Origin: a virus
Taxonomy: Duplodnaviria > Caudoviricetes
Strand: one strand, 5' to 3'
Length of the DNA stretch: 53,794 bases
IMG/VR virus record: IMGVR_UViG_3300015360_000054
Span: 1-53,794 of that record
Shown here: piece by piece, positions 17,671-27,700 of the stretch
Layout: each line of letters opens with the position of its first letter
Numbering within the stretch: position 1 is the stretch's first letter
Notes under the pieces: model-generated
The model's database searches: none
The model's input: only the letters and a program-made list of their open reading frames with translations
What the model was told of the DNA's origin: nothing
Position numbers and translations under genes: made by a program

Positions 17671-19441
17671 TTGGGGTGGTTGCTTTAGCTACGGCCCTAA
17701 AAATTCTATTGATTTAAACAGTGCGACAATTACTCAGCTTATAGGTGAAAATGGTAGTGGTAAATCTTCCATCCCACTTATACTTCAGGAAGTAGCATAT
17801 AATAAAAACTCTAAAGGCGTAAAGAAAGCTGACATTGCTAACAGGGAAATAGGCGATGGAAAGTACTGGATAGAGTTAGACTTTACACTTAATGATGATG
17901 AATATAAAATATCCGTAAATAGAGCTAGCTCTTTAAAGGTAAAAGTTTACAGAGGTAGTGAAGACATATCATCTCACACAGCCACTGAGACTTTTAAAAC
18001 TATAGAAGAACTCCTAGGAGTTGACTTTAAAGTATTCGTTCAACTTATTTATCAGAGTGTTACGGATGGTCTATCATTCCTAACAGCGACAGATACTGTA
18101 CGTAAAAAGTTCTTAATCGACTTATTTAATTTGGATGAGTACTCTATACTATATGAGAAAAGTAAAGAGAAGCTTCAAGATATAACTAAAGAAATCACAG
18201 GTATCAAGGGTAGTATATCCACCCTAGAGAAAATGCTAGCTAAAGCTGGTGAAGTTGCCGAACCAAAAGAATATAAGCCCGTTCCTGACGAGCCTGTGTA
18301 CCCGGAGCGAGTTAGAGTACTAGAAAATAAGCTACGTGATATTACTCAATTGAATAAAAAAATTACTCAGAACAATGAGCTAAAAAGAATACTAAAAAGT
18401 ATTACATTTAATTCGGAGGTTCTAGGGTACGAGCTAGCAGATACTAATGAACATACTCTTAATTTAGGTGCAGTTAATGCTAAGATTAGCGCGGCTAAAG
18501 CATTAATATCTAAAATGGCTAAGTTAAGTGACTCGTGCCCTACGTGCGGTCAGCATATAAATATAGAAAAAGAGCAAGCACTAAAGCAGGAAGCAGAGCA
18601 AGATCTAGTAGATTTAACTAGTAAAAAAATAGAAATTGAACAGTTACTGCAAGCTTCTAAAGCGCACAACGACTCTATCATAAGAGCCAGAAGAGCGCGA
18701 GATGAAAAAGAAGATATACTGCAGCGTATAGATAACGCACTGGATACTGAACAGGTAGACGCTGAAGAGGTTAAAAAGAACATACAAAGATTAACGTATC
18801 AGTACGACGACGATAAAGATCAATACTCAAAAGCTATTACCTATAATAATGGCGTAAAGCAACATAACGATAGACTTGAAATAATTAGTCAACAGCGCCA
18901 AGAAACCCAGGAAGAACTAGAGTTTGAAAACATAAGATTAGAACAATTGATGCACAAGCAATCAATTTATGAGATTCTTAAGAAAGCACTTTCTACTAAT
19001 GGCCTTGTAGCCTTTAAGCTAGAAAACTTAGTAAAAGACATCGAGGAAGCAGCTAACGAATATTTGTTAGAACTTTCCGATGGCCGCTTTAGTTTAATGT
19101 TCAACATAAGTGGGGACAAATTAAACGTAGTACTTCTTGATAATAATGTAGAAATAGACATTAGTCCTCTTTCAAGTGGGGAGTTAGCAAGAGTAAATAT
19201 AGCTACACTTCTAGCTATTAGACGTATAATGTCTGACATAAGCAAAACTCAAATTAACATCCTGTTCCTAGACGAAGTTATGAACGTTCTAGACGAATAT
19301 GGAAGAGAAAAACTTATTGAAGTTCTGATAGCAGAAACTTCACTTAATACTTTCTTAGTTAGCCATGGGTGGTCACATCCACTGCTAGCAAAAGTTATAG
19401 TTCAAAAAACAGACGGAATCTCACAATTAAAAGAGCAATAG
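17648..19441 (+). CDS. SbcC/Rad50-like ATPase (T5 D13)
   Basis: GENGSGKS, coiled coils, CPTCGQ hook, LSSGE, LFLDE, SH. Confidence 0.94.
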   Translation: MLCMQKLSWGGCFSYGPKNSIDLNSATITQLIGENGSGKSSIPLILQEVAYNKNSKGVKKADIANREIGDGKYWIELDFTLNDDEYKISVNRASSLKVKVYRGSEDISSHTATETFKTIEELLGVDFKVFVQLIYQSVTDGLSFLTATDTVRKKFLIDLFNLDEYSILYEKSKEKLQDITKEITGIKGSISTLEKMLAKAGEVAEPKEYKPVPDEPVYPERVRVLENKLRDITQLNKKITQNNELKRILKSITFNSEVLGYELADTNEHTLNLGAVNAKISAAKALISKMAKLSDSCPTCGQHINIEKEQALKQEAEQDLVDLTSKKIEIEQLLQASKAHNDSIIRARRARDEKEDILQRIDNALDTEQVDAEEVKKNIQRLTYQYDDDKDQYSKAITYNNGVKQHNDRLEIISQQRQETQEELEFENIRLEQLMHKQSIYEILKKALSTNGLVAFKLENLVKDIEEAANEYLLELSDGRFSLMFNISGDKLNVVLLDNNVEIDISPLSSGELARVNIATLLAIRRIMSDISKTQINILFLDEVMNVLDEYGREKLIEVLIAETSLNTFLVSHGWSHPLLAKVIVQKTDGISQLKEQ

Positions 19442-19460
19442 AATTGCTAATAAGGAAATA

Positions 19461-19925
19461 ATGGTTGATAGTAGAGCAAAAGGAATTAGAGGCGAGTACG
19501 CCGTACGAGACCTTTTAAGAACATATACAACGGAACAATGGGAACGAACTCCCTCATCAGGAGCGCTAGAGCACACCAAGGGTGACCTATATATTCCCAA
19601 TACTAAACAAATATATTTAATAGAAGTTAAAAATTATAAGGAATCTCCTATCGAACCCAACATACTAGGAGGTAAAAGTAATAACCTAAAGCTGTGGTGG
19701 ACTAAGATTAGAGCGCAAGCTCATGGAGCTAAGATAACTCCCGTGCTATTTTTTAAGCACGATAGAAGTCGTTGGTTTATTGCAGTCCCAATTAAACCAG
19801 ATGTAGTTAAAGAATACATCTTTGTAGGAGCCCTAAGATGCTATGTCTGCTTAGCAGAAGAATACCTAGGCAACGAGTGGGCTAATTTCCACAAACAGAT
19901 CATAGCAGAGCCAGCTAAAACTTAA
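19461..19925 (+). CDS. T5 D14-like PD-(D/E)xK nuclease / Holliday junction resolvase
   Basis: MVDSRAKG.RGE, GDL, IEVK. Confidence 0.85.
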   Translation: MVDSRAKGIRGEYAVRDLLRTYTTEQWERTPSSGALEHTKGDLYIPNTKQIYLIEVKNYKESPIEPNILGGKSNNLKLWWTKIRAQAHGAKITPVLFFKHDRSRWFIAVPIKPDVVKEYIFVGALRCYVCLAEEYLGNEWANFHKQIIAEPAKT

Positions 19926-19928
19926 CTC

Positions 19929-19957
19929 TTGACAACCTTATACAACTATGCTATAGT
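19929..19957 (+). promoter_or_regulatory. Sigma70-type promoter for the D15-nrdAB unit
   Basis: TTGACA (19929-19934), 17 nt, TGn-TATAGT (19952-19957). Confidence 0.82.
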
Positions 19958-19965
19958 GAGGCATC

Positions 19966-20802
19966 ATGACAACACATTCATTCAAACAAGAACCACGCGA
20001 TCCTAAAAATACTTTGCTAGTAGACGCGCTTAACCTTGCCTTCCGTTGGAAGCACGCGCGCTCTCCTGAGAATATGCCTAGTGACTTTAATGACACTGTA
20101 GCGTCTCTAGCAAAGTCGTATGACTGCGGTCGCATCCTAATATTGGCAGACGGCGGCTCCTATTGGCGCCGAGCACTGCTGCCAACGTATAAAGAAACCC
20201 GTAAGAAGAATAGTGAAAATTCTAGTGAAGAAGATAAGAAGCTATCGAAGATATTCTTTGAATTGTACGATGAGACACTAGACAAATGTAAGTTTCCTGT
20301 GATACGCCTCAAAGGCGTAGAAGCAGATGACATTGCAGCATATATAGTAGAAAATAAATACGAGTATGATATCAACTCTATTTGGCTCATCTCTAGCGAC
20401 CGAGACTGGGACTTGTTGATTAACCACGATGTAAGTCGTTTTTCTACAGTAACTAGTAAAGAGATTACTATGGATACATGGCCATACGAAGTATCCCAAG
20501 AGCAATACATTGACTTCAAAGTATTGACGGGGGATAAAGGCGACGATATCCCAGGCGTCTCAGGCGTTGGTCCTGTGCGTGCTCAAAAACTTATTGAGGA
20601 ATACGGCGATGTGTTTAGCATCATGGCTAATATGCCCTTGCCAGGTAAAGCCCAATACATTCAAAATCTAAATAAATCAAAAGACATTATGCTATTAGGC
20701 CATCAACTCATGGACTTGCGTTCATGTTGTGAGGAGGCTATTGGCGAGCAGCTACCCCTCTTGCGAGGGAGACTAGCAGAAATATATGGAAGGCCCGCAT
20801 GA
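19966..20802 (+). CDS. Flap endonuclease / 5'-3' exonuclease (T5 D15)
   Basis: LLVDALNLAFR, YK..R, GVEADD, SSDRDWD, GDKGDDIPGV.GVG. Confidence 0.94.
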   Translation: MTTHSFKQEPRDPKNTLLVDALNLAFRWKHARSPENMPSDFNDTVASLAKSYDCGRILILADGGSYWRRALLPTYKETRKKNSENSSEEDKKLSKIFFELYDETLDKCKFPVIRLKGVEADDIAAYIVENKYEYDINSIWLISSDRDWDLLINHDVSRFSTVTSKEITMDTWPYEVSQEQYIDFKVLTGDKGDDIPGVSGVGPVRAQKLIEEYGDVFSIMANMPLPGKAQYIQNLNKSKDIMLLGHQLMDLRSCCEEAIGEQLPLLRGRLAEIYGRPA

Positions 20803-22580
20803 AATTAGACTACACAAGAGATGCTGCACTGGATGAGTTCAGTATTAAAACTTTAAAAGATCGCTACATGCTTCCTGACGAGAAGTCTCCTCAGGAAGCT
20901 TTTGCTCGTGCAGCACGTGCCTTCGCAGATGACATGGAGCACGCGCAGCGAATATATGACTATGCTAGTAAGCATTGGTTTATGTTTGCTACACCAATTC
21001 TCTCTAATGGAGGAACAAGTCGTGGTCTGCCAATCTCTTGCTTCCTAAACTACGTAGAAGATAGCCGTGAAGGTATTACAGATGTATACACCGAGAACGC
21101 TTTCTTAGCTAGCTTAGGTGGGGGTATTGGAACTTATTGGGGCGACGTTCGTTCTAATGGAGCCAAGACTAGCAACGGTTCTGAAAGCACCGGAGTAATT
21201 CCATTCATTAAAGTGGAAGATTCTTTAACCTTAGCGTTCAGCCAAGGCATTACGAGACGCGGTAGCGCAGCCGTTTATTTGGACATTGATCACCCCGAGA
21301 TTGAGGAGTTCCTAGATGTTAGAAAACTCACCGGAGATGCAAATAGACGTTCGATAAACATACACCACGGTGTAGGGATTAGCGACAAGTTTATGCGTAT
21401 TGTTAGAAAAGCCGGAGAAGCAAAACGTGCTGGAAAAGAGTATGACGATGGTTGGGACCTCATTGACCCCCATACGAAAAAAATAGTTAAGACTGTTTCG
21501 GCAAGGGCGCTTTGGATAAAAATTCTCCACAATAGAGCAGAACTCGGTGAGCCTTATATCATTTACAATGATACAGTAAATGATGACTTACCATTCTATC
21601 AGAAAAAGTTAGGACTTAAAGTACGCCAAAGCAATCTGTGCACAGAGATTACTCTGCCTACAGACGAGAATCGTACTGCAGTATGTTGCCTATCTAGTGT
21701 CAATGCTGAGAAGTTTGACGAGTGGAAACACGACGAACTTTTCATTGAGGACTTAGTGCGTTATCTAGATAACGTTCTAGATTACTTCATTGACAACGCG
21801 CCACCGCACCTGAATAAAGCAGTATATTCCGCGTCCCAAGAACGAGCAATCGGTCTAGGGCTAATGGGATTCCATAGCTATCTTCAATCGAAGATGATAC
21901 CAATTGAAAGTGCTATTGCTAAATCTATCAATTTGGCAATGTTTAAACATATTAAAGAAAAAGCTAAAGAAGCCACAGAGCAGCTAGCTTTTGAGAGAGG
22001 TCCGTGCCCTGATGCACTCAAGTCCAACGTTATGGTCCGCAACAGTCACCTGCTTGCTATTGCCCCCAATGCTAGTTCATCTATCATGTGCGGCAATACT
22101 AGCCCAGGTATTGAGCCATTTAGGGCCAATGTATTCAACCAAAAAACTATGAGCGGAACATTCATGCTCAAAAACCGTCACTTGGAGCGTATCCTGACAG
22201 AGTTTGACATGAACAACGACAAAGTTTGGAATGGTATCATGGCAAACAAAGGAAGTATCCAACACCTAGACTTGCCTAATCACGTTAAAGACGTATTTAA
22301 AACTGCTATTGAAATCGACCAGCGTTGGTTGATCGAACATGCTTCAGACAGACAGCAATACATCTGCCAGTCTCAGTCCTTAAATCTCTTCTTCCCGGCT
22401 GACGTAGAAAAGTCGGTGCTTCACAATACCCACCTTATGGCTTGGGAAAAAGGAGTTAAGTCTCTGTACTACTTAAGAAGCGAAGCCATAAAGCGTAGTG
22501 ATGATTTATCTAAAACAATGGATAGATATAAGTTTGATTTTAATGTAAGCGAAGACGAATGTCTAGCGTGTGAAGGATAA
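20799..22580 (+). CDS. nrdA: Class I ribonucleotide reductase alpha subunit, no ATP cone
   Basis: ATP.LSN, ISCF, GEPY, SNLCTEI, CCLSS, IAPNASS, SLYY, C-terminal CLAC. Confidence 0.96.
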   Translation: MKLDYTRDAALDEFSIKTLKDRYMLPDEKSPQEAFARAARAFADDMEHAQRIYDYASKHWFMFATPILSNGGTSRGLPISCFLNYVEDSREGITDVYTENAFLASLGGGIGTYWGDVRSNGAKTSNGSESTGVIPFIKVEDSLTLAFSQGITRRGSAAVYLDIDHPEIEEFLDVRKLTGDANRRSINIHHGVGISDKFMRIVRKAGEAKRAGKEYDDGWDLIDPHTKKIVKTVSARALWIKILHNRAELGEPYIIYNDTVNDDLPFYQKKLGLKVRQSNLCTEITLPTDENRTAVCCLSSVNAEKFDEWKHDELFIEDLVRYLDNVLDYFIDNAPPHLNKAVYSASQERAIGLGLMGFHSYLQSKMIPIESAIAKSINLAMFKHIKEKAKEATEQLAFERGPCPDALKSNVMVRNSHLLAIAPNASSSIMCGNTSPGIEPFRANVFNQKTMSGTFMLKNRHLERILTEFDMNNDKVWNGIMANKGSIQHLDLPNHVKDVFKTAIEIDQRWLIEHASDRQQYICQSQSLNLFFPADVEKSVLHNTHLMAWEKGVKSLYYLRSEAIKRSDDLSKTMDRYKFDFNVSEDECLACEG

Positions 22581-22581
22581 T

Positions 22582-22803
22582 ATGCGAAAAATAATTGCTA
22601 AATTTAAATGCCAAACAGTAGATAATAATTCAGACGGGCAAGAGCACGTATGGTTAGGTGCTGTAACTTCGGATACCGAAGTGAATAAAATTTGGTCTAA
22701 ATATACTCCCAGTGGAAGCTTAAATATTTGTATAACTAACCCTGACGCTCAGGGAGCCTTTATAGTAGGCAAGGAATATTTCATAGAAATGTATGAGGGA
22801 TAA
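22582..22803 (+). CDS. Small hypothetical protein between nrdA and nrdB
   Basis: AAGGA SD. The pattern AKFKC...N..W..TPSG.L.I.ITNP.A...F..GKEY resembles a common small phage protein family. Confidence 0.6.
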   Translation: MRKIIAKFKCQTVDNNSDGQEHVWLGAVTSDTEVNKIWSKYTPSGSLNICITNPDAQGAFIVGKEYFIEMYEG

Positions 22804-23756
22804 TGTTACTAGAAAATAGAAATTACTACAAGCCTTTTGAATACCCATGGGCTTACGAGATGTATAAGATGCAAGTGGCTATGCATTGGACACCTCAAGA
22901 AGTGCCACTAGCGGATGATATTAAAGACTTCAATCAAAAGCTAACAGATTCTGAAAAGAAACTTATTACACAGATCTTTAGGTTCTTTACACAAGCTGAC
23001 GTAGATGTAGCTGGCGGATATTGCCAGCACTATCTACCCACCTTTAAGCCACCTGAGATTCGTATGATGATGTCTCAATTTGCCGCTATGGAAGCTACAC
23101 ACATTGATGCGTATAGTCAGCTAATTGAAACGCTAGGGCTACCCGAATCTGAGTACCAAATGTTTGGTCAGTATAAGTCCATGCGCGATAAGCATGAATA
23201 CTTAGAACGCTTTACAATGGATACTCCAGCTGATATAGCCAAATCACTAGCAGTATACAGTGGGTTTACGGAAGGCGTTCAACTATTTAGTAGTTTTGCT
23301 ATCCTGTTGAACTTCCCTCGCCATAATCTTATGAAGAACATGGGACAGATCATTAGTTGGTCCGTACGAGATGAAAACCTACACGTAGAAGGCATGACGA
23401 GACTGTTTAGAACTTACATAGAGGAAAACCAACTCCTATGGACAGATGCCTTGAAGTCTGCTCTATACAGTATTGCAGAGCGTATTGTGGAACTAGAAGA
23501 TGCTTTTATTGACACAGTATTTGAAGGTGGACCGCTTAACCGCCTAACAGATGAGGATGTAAAAGCATATATTAGATATATTGCAGGCCGCCGCCTAAAA
23601 CAGTTAGGTCTAAAGAATATATTTAAGATAGAAGAAAACCCGCTGCCATGGATCGAGTCCATGATCAACGGGGTTGAACACACTAACTTCTTCGAGAACA
23701 GGCCAACTGAATACGCTAAGGCGTCTACTGTTGGAAACTGGGACGATATATTCTAA
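22803..23756 (+). CDS. nrdB: Class Ia ribonucleotide reductase beta subunit
   Basis: KPFEYPW, FFTQAD, EATHIDAY, EGVQLFSSF, RDENLH, NFFE.R.TEY. Confidence 0.96.
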   Translation: MLLENRNYYKPFEYPWAYEMYKMQVAMHWTPQEVPLADDIKDFNQKLTDSEKKLITQIFRFFTQADVDVAGGYCQHYLPTFKPPEIRMMMSQFAAMEATHIDAYSQLIETLGLPESEYQMFGQYKSMRDKHEYLERFTMDTPADIAKSLAVYSGFTEGVQLFSSFAILLNFPRHNLMKNMGQIISWSVRDENLHVEGMTRLFRTYIEENQLLWTDALKSALYSIAERIVELEDAFIDTVFEGGPLNRLTDEDVKAYIRYIAGRRLKQLGLKNIFKIEENPLPWIESMINGVEHTNFFENRPTEYAKASTVGNWDDIF

Positions 23757-23758
23757 AG

Positions 23759-23795
23759 TTAAACCCGCCGAGGCAACTCGGCGGGTTTAATTTTT
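23759..23795. terminator. Bidirectional terminator at the convergence of the replication and structural blocks
   Basis: TTAAACCCGCCGAG-GCAA-CTCGGCGGGTTTAA, a perfect 14-bp stem. Confidence 0.92.
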
Positions 23796-24450
23796 AGTAG
23801 CCAGTCACATCTAATAAGAAAGATCCAGGTAGTGGATCAGTTACGTTAGGTCCTAAAAAGAAATCAAAATACTGTTCATAAGGTAGCCAATCCATATATA
23901 TATTTATATTTCCGTTGTGATGTGCTCCCGCCATCCAGGACTCATATAAGTGCCTCCCGAATGGGTCGAGGATGGTTGTGTTATATTCTTGTCTATAGCT
24001 GCTAGCGGCTTGAACTACCCCATACTTTCTTCCAGAGGTAAGCCCCGTAAATGTTTGGCCTACTGCCACTATCTTAGCTGGGTTAGCAGAAGTACTAAAG
24101 GCCAAAGCACCAGTACTGGTGTATACTTCTAATCCAGCCGTTCCTGTGGGAGTTGGGTATAAATCAAAAGCAAACCATTCAAATGCCTGGTTTGCCGGCC
24201 CCATATAGAAAAAAGTCCATGTGCTACCACTTACTGATATCCTATATAAAGCTAACTCACCAGTATAATGTACAGCTATTAATGGATGTGTAGCATTAGT
24301 AATAATAATGGAAGTCCACCTTTTATCACTGTCACTCGTTAATACTTGATTACAAGTAGCAGTACCTTTACTTCTCATGCCAAAATTTAAATAATCTTGG
24401 TCAATTTGCATTATTCCTGTATCGCTATCTACTCTTAAACCTATCGGCAT
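23794..24450 (-). CDS. Tail tip accessory protein
   Basis: GLRV...G..QID.DY.N N-terminus and internal GLEVY...G...F repeat; TAATG-coupled downstream of the J-like genes. Confidence 0.6.
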   Translation of the reverse strand: MPIGLRVDSDTGIMQIDQDYLNFGMRSKGTATCNQVLTSDSDKRWTSIIITNATHPLIAVHYTGELALYRISVSGSTWTFFYMGPANQAFEWFAFDLYPTPTGTAGLEVYTSTGALAFSTSANPAKIVAVGQTFTGLTSGRKYGVVQAASSYRQEYNTTILDPFGRHLYESWMAGAHHNGNINIYMDWLPYEQYFDFFLGPNVTDPLPGSFLLDVTGY

Positions 24451-24734
24451 TACCATACTCCATATAATAAAGAACAATTGTTTCCACTTCTACCTTGCCA
24501 AGCCCAGCTGAGAGTACTAGTAGGGGTGTCAAAGAAAAAACTAGGCCTAAAACTCGCTGATAATGTTAATGAGACGCACCTAAAGAAAAAACTTCCTAAG
24601 GCAAATCCTGTATTAGTAACTGATCCATCCACCCCGGCAAAAATAGTAGTAGCCCCTAAAAAAGTGCCTACTCTGTCATTAGTATCTAATATAAGAACTC
24701 CATCCGCGTTCCAAATTTGTAATCCTTGGGGCAT
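24450..24734 (-). CDS. Small tail tip accessory protein
   Basis: MPQGLQIW.ADG..ILD N-terminus typical of genes following gpJ; TAATG coupling on both sides. Confidence 0.6.
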   Translation of the reverse strand: MPQGLQIWNADGVLILDTNDRVGTFLGATTIFAGVDGSVTNTGFALGSFFFRCVSLTLSASFRPSFFFDTPTSTLSWAWQGRSGNNCSLLYGVW

Positions 24735-27700
24735 TATGACCAAATTCCTAATCTTACTCTACGTACGTTAGACGCATCATATACTTCTATTAAGTTATCT
24801 TTTATTTCCGTTCTAGCCCCCGTAGTTGCTGTTCTAAGAGTACCAATAATAGCCGAAACAGACGATAAGGAAGTAACGGCTAGCGCGTTTGCAGTAATAG
24901 ATCCTTCTACAATAAGGTTACCAGGAATACGTTCCTCTAGTCTAAAGCCCGCTACTCTAGTTTCTCCCGAAGTAAAGGTAGCACCCCAGTTTACATACAT
25001 ATGTATTTCTGCAAATGCTGTAGTAGCCGTAGTTGTTAATTTACCAACATATTCCACCCAACTTGCAGTAGTCCCAGCAAATCCTTCATAGTTACCTACA
25101 GCCGCGGGAGATACTTGTAATAGTGGTGAGTCACTTATGCTGCTACCAGAAGCGTTCACTTCTCTACATCGAATCCACATTAGACCTACGGGAGCACCAA
25201 CTACCCTAGCAAACCATCTTACGGTATACTGTTTATTGGGCATTATAGGAACTTGTCTTGTTGGGAATAAAAGAGAAGATCCTACAAATCGCGCAACGTT
25301 ACTCCCATATGGTGAAGTGCTGTCAGCTATAAAAGTTATTCCGCCCGAACCATTAGAATTATACCAGTCTCCTAGTGATTCAAATGAGGCTCCTGGATTT
25401 ATAATTTTGTCTTGGCCGATTACAGCTAATTTAGCCGTAGTAATAGATCTGGCAGCAATAGCATCAGAAACTACACTACCATGCACAAGTAAGTTACCAT
25501 CAATAACTTGAGTAACCAGAATCCATGCAGAGCCATTCCAAGTTCTAGTTTGGCTAAACCCAGTTCCAGATATAATTACTTCATCGGCAATTACCTTATT
25601 GCCAACTCCTGCGGCTGTTACAGCAGCATTAGCAGTAGCATCTGACCAAGAGGTACCGGTAGCGAAGAAACGCTTAGAGCCACGCTCTCCCACGGTTCCT
25701 ACGAGTCCTTGAGACCCTATAATACCGTTAGTACCTTGAAGGCCTCTTCTTGCTAAAGAATAATTTATTCTTACGTTCTGAGTAACTGGATTACCTGCTA
25801 AGTCTCGAATGGTTACTACTACATCTGTAAACCCTACATTAGCAGACATAGCTGTAGGTACGGGTACAACAAAAGAGTTTCCTCCTACCACTGCTCCGGG
25901 GGCTACAGTAACCCCTGTACTACTTTGTGTACAGCTAAACGTACTAGCCCCACTAGTATTATAGGATAGCTGGTTGCTACCACGATAAACTCTAATAGTA
26001 GAAGTGGCTGCGCCAAAAGTTATTCCGGCAAACCCAGTAGGATCTGCTGGATAGCTGCTATTATCATTGTCTAGGGATACGTTGTAAGTTGAAGTACCGT
26101 CTTGTACTACAGTCACTAATTCTTCGTCTAATAGAGTAGTAGTTCCACCAGCAAAAAATAGTTCTACTCTAACATCGGCCAAGGTAGCAGGCGTTGCTGG
26201 GGTATAAGAATACGAAGTTTCATTAGCTGCAGAAGTATATACTACAATCCCGTTTCTTGATATACGGAATCTGCCAGAATATAGAGCAGGAGTGCCTGTG
26301 CCTGCAGCACTAAACGCCGTAAATAAAATGGAAGCCGGTGTCAGAGCATTAGCTTCTGATCTTTTTATTACGTCTGCACTAGCAACTACCCAATACACCG
26401 TTGTATCGTTACCGGCACGGGCTAGAGAATAAGTTATTCTAACCTGTTGAGTAGTAGCTACAGCTGCGGCATTACGTATAGTAACGGTAATATCTGTCAA
26501 AGCAGTTACAGAACTCATGCCTGTAGGTACTGGAACTACAAATGTAGTGCCTGAGCCAGTTCCGATTGCGACTGTTACACCACTGCTAGTTTGAGTACAG
26601 CTAAAAGTATTAGCCCCGCTAGCAGCATAACTAAGCAGTGTTGATCCTAAATATGCTCTAATAGTAGATGTTGCACTGCCAAAGTTAATACCGGAGAAAC
26701 CTGCAGAAGGCCCTGGGAAACTTAAATTATCATTATCTACTGATACTGTAACTGCATCTGTACCATCTAAAACTACCTGTATGGTTTCTTCATCTAGTAA
26801 AGTAACAACTCCACCAGCTAAATATAGTTCTACTTTTACTTCTATTACTGTAGCTGGAGTTGTGGGGGTATACGCATAGCTACTTTCGTTAGCAGCAGAT
26901 ATGTAAGCTAATACACCATTTTTAAACACCCTAAAGCGCCCAGAATAAGCTACTGGAGCAGCGTTGCCCGTAACACTTAATGCTGAGAAAGTAATAGGGC
27001 TAGGAGATAATACTCCCGCCTGATTTTTCCTTATTACGTCGCTAGTAGCAGTTACATAATATTGTGTAACAGGCTGTCCAGCTTTTGACTTGCTAACACT
27101 ATAAGTTTTAGTTATAGTTACGCCCGCGCGTACTGCAGTAACGGTAAACGATTCTGCATCGCTAGTCCAGCTAGCGCCACTTAAGGAGTACACCCCGGTA
27201 GTTTCATTTATAGTAAATGTTAGACCGTTTTGTACTTTAGTCCAGCTAGCCCCGCCATCCGTGCCACCCGTAATAGCAAAAACAGACAAGGTAGTAACGT
27301 TAGTTACTCCGTCAAATATTACAAAGGTACCACCAGCAGTAGTATAGGTAGCTCCTGTACCATCAAAAGCTGTAGCTACTGTATGGCTTTCATTTGTTAG
27401 GAATCCTACAATAGCGTCGTCGCCAGGTCTAATACCGTATACGTTGATAGTGTCAAATGCTAGCTCTGATTGGTTACCATCAGATACACCTACTCGTAAC
27501 TTATAAGGAGTTCCAAAGTACGTAGTAGGAATTGTAAATGCTTTGGTATCCGTAGTTCCTGTACCATCTGTAAAACTAGTTTCGTCAAATCCAGTGATTG
27601 TTGGTAGGGCAGTAAACATAAACCAAGGATCTGCAACGTTTTGAGCGTTGGCAGTTAGTGTCAGTGTACCGCTTGGATTTGGTGTAGTTCCTTCTGCAGT

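Noticed and set aside
10925-23756. Introns or inteins in pol, helicases or nrdAB
   Set aside because: All are continuous ORFs of ordinary length without intein motifs.
25700-27100. Diversity-generating retroelement in the tail fibre repeats
   Set aside because: There is no reverse transcriptase, and the repeats are in-frame protein domain duplications without an adenine-specific mismatch pattern.
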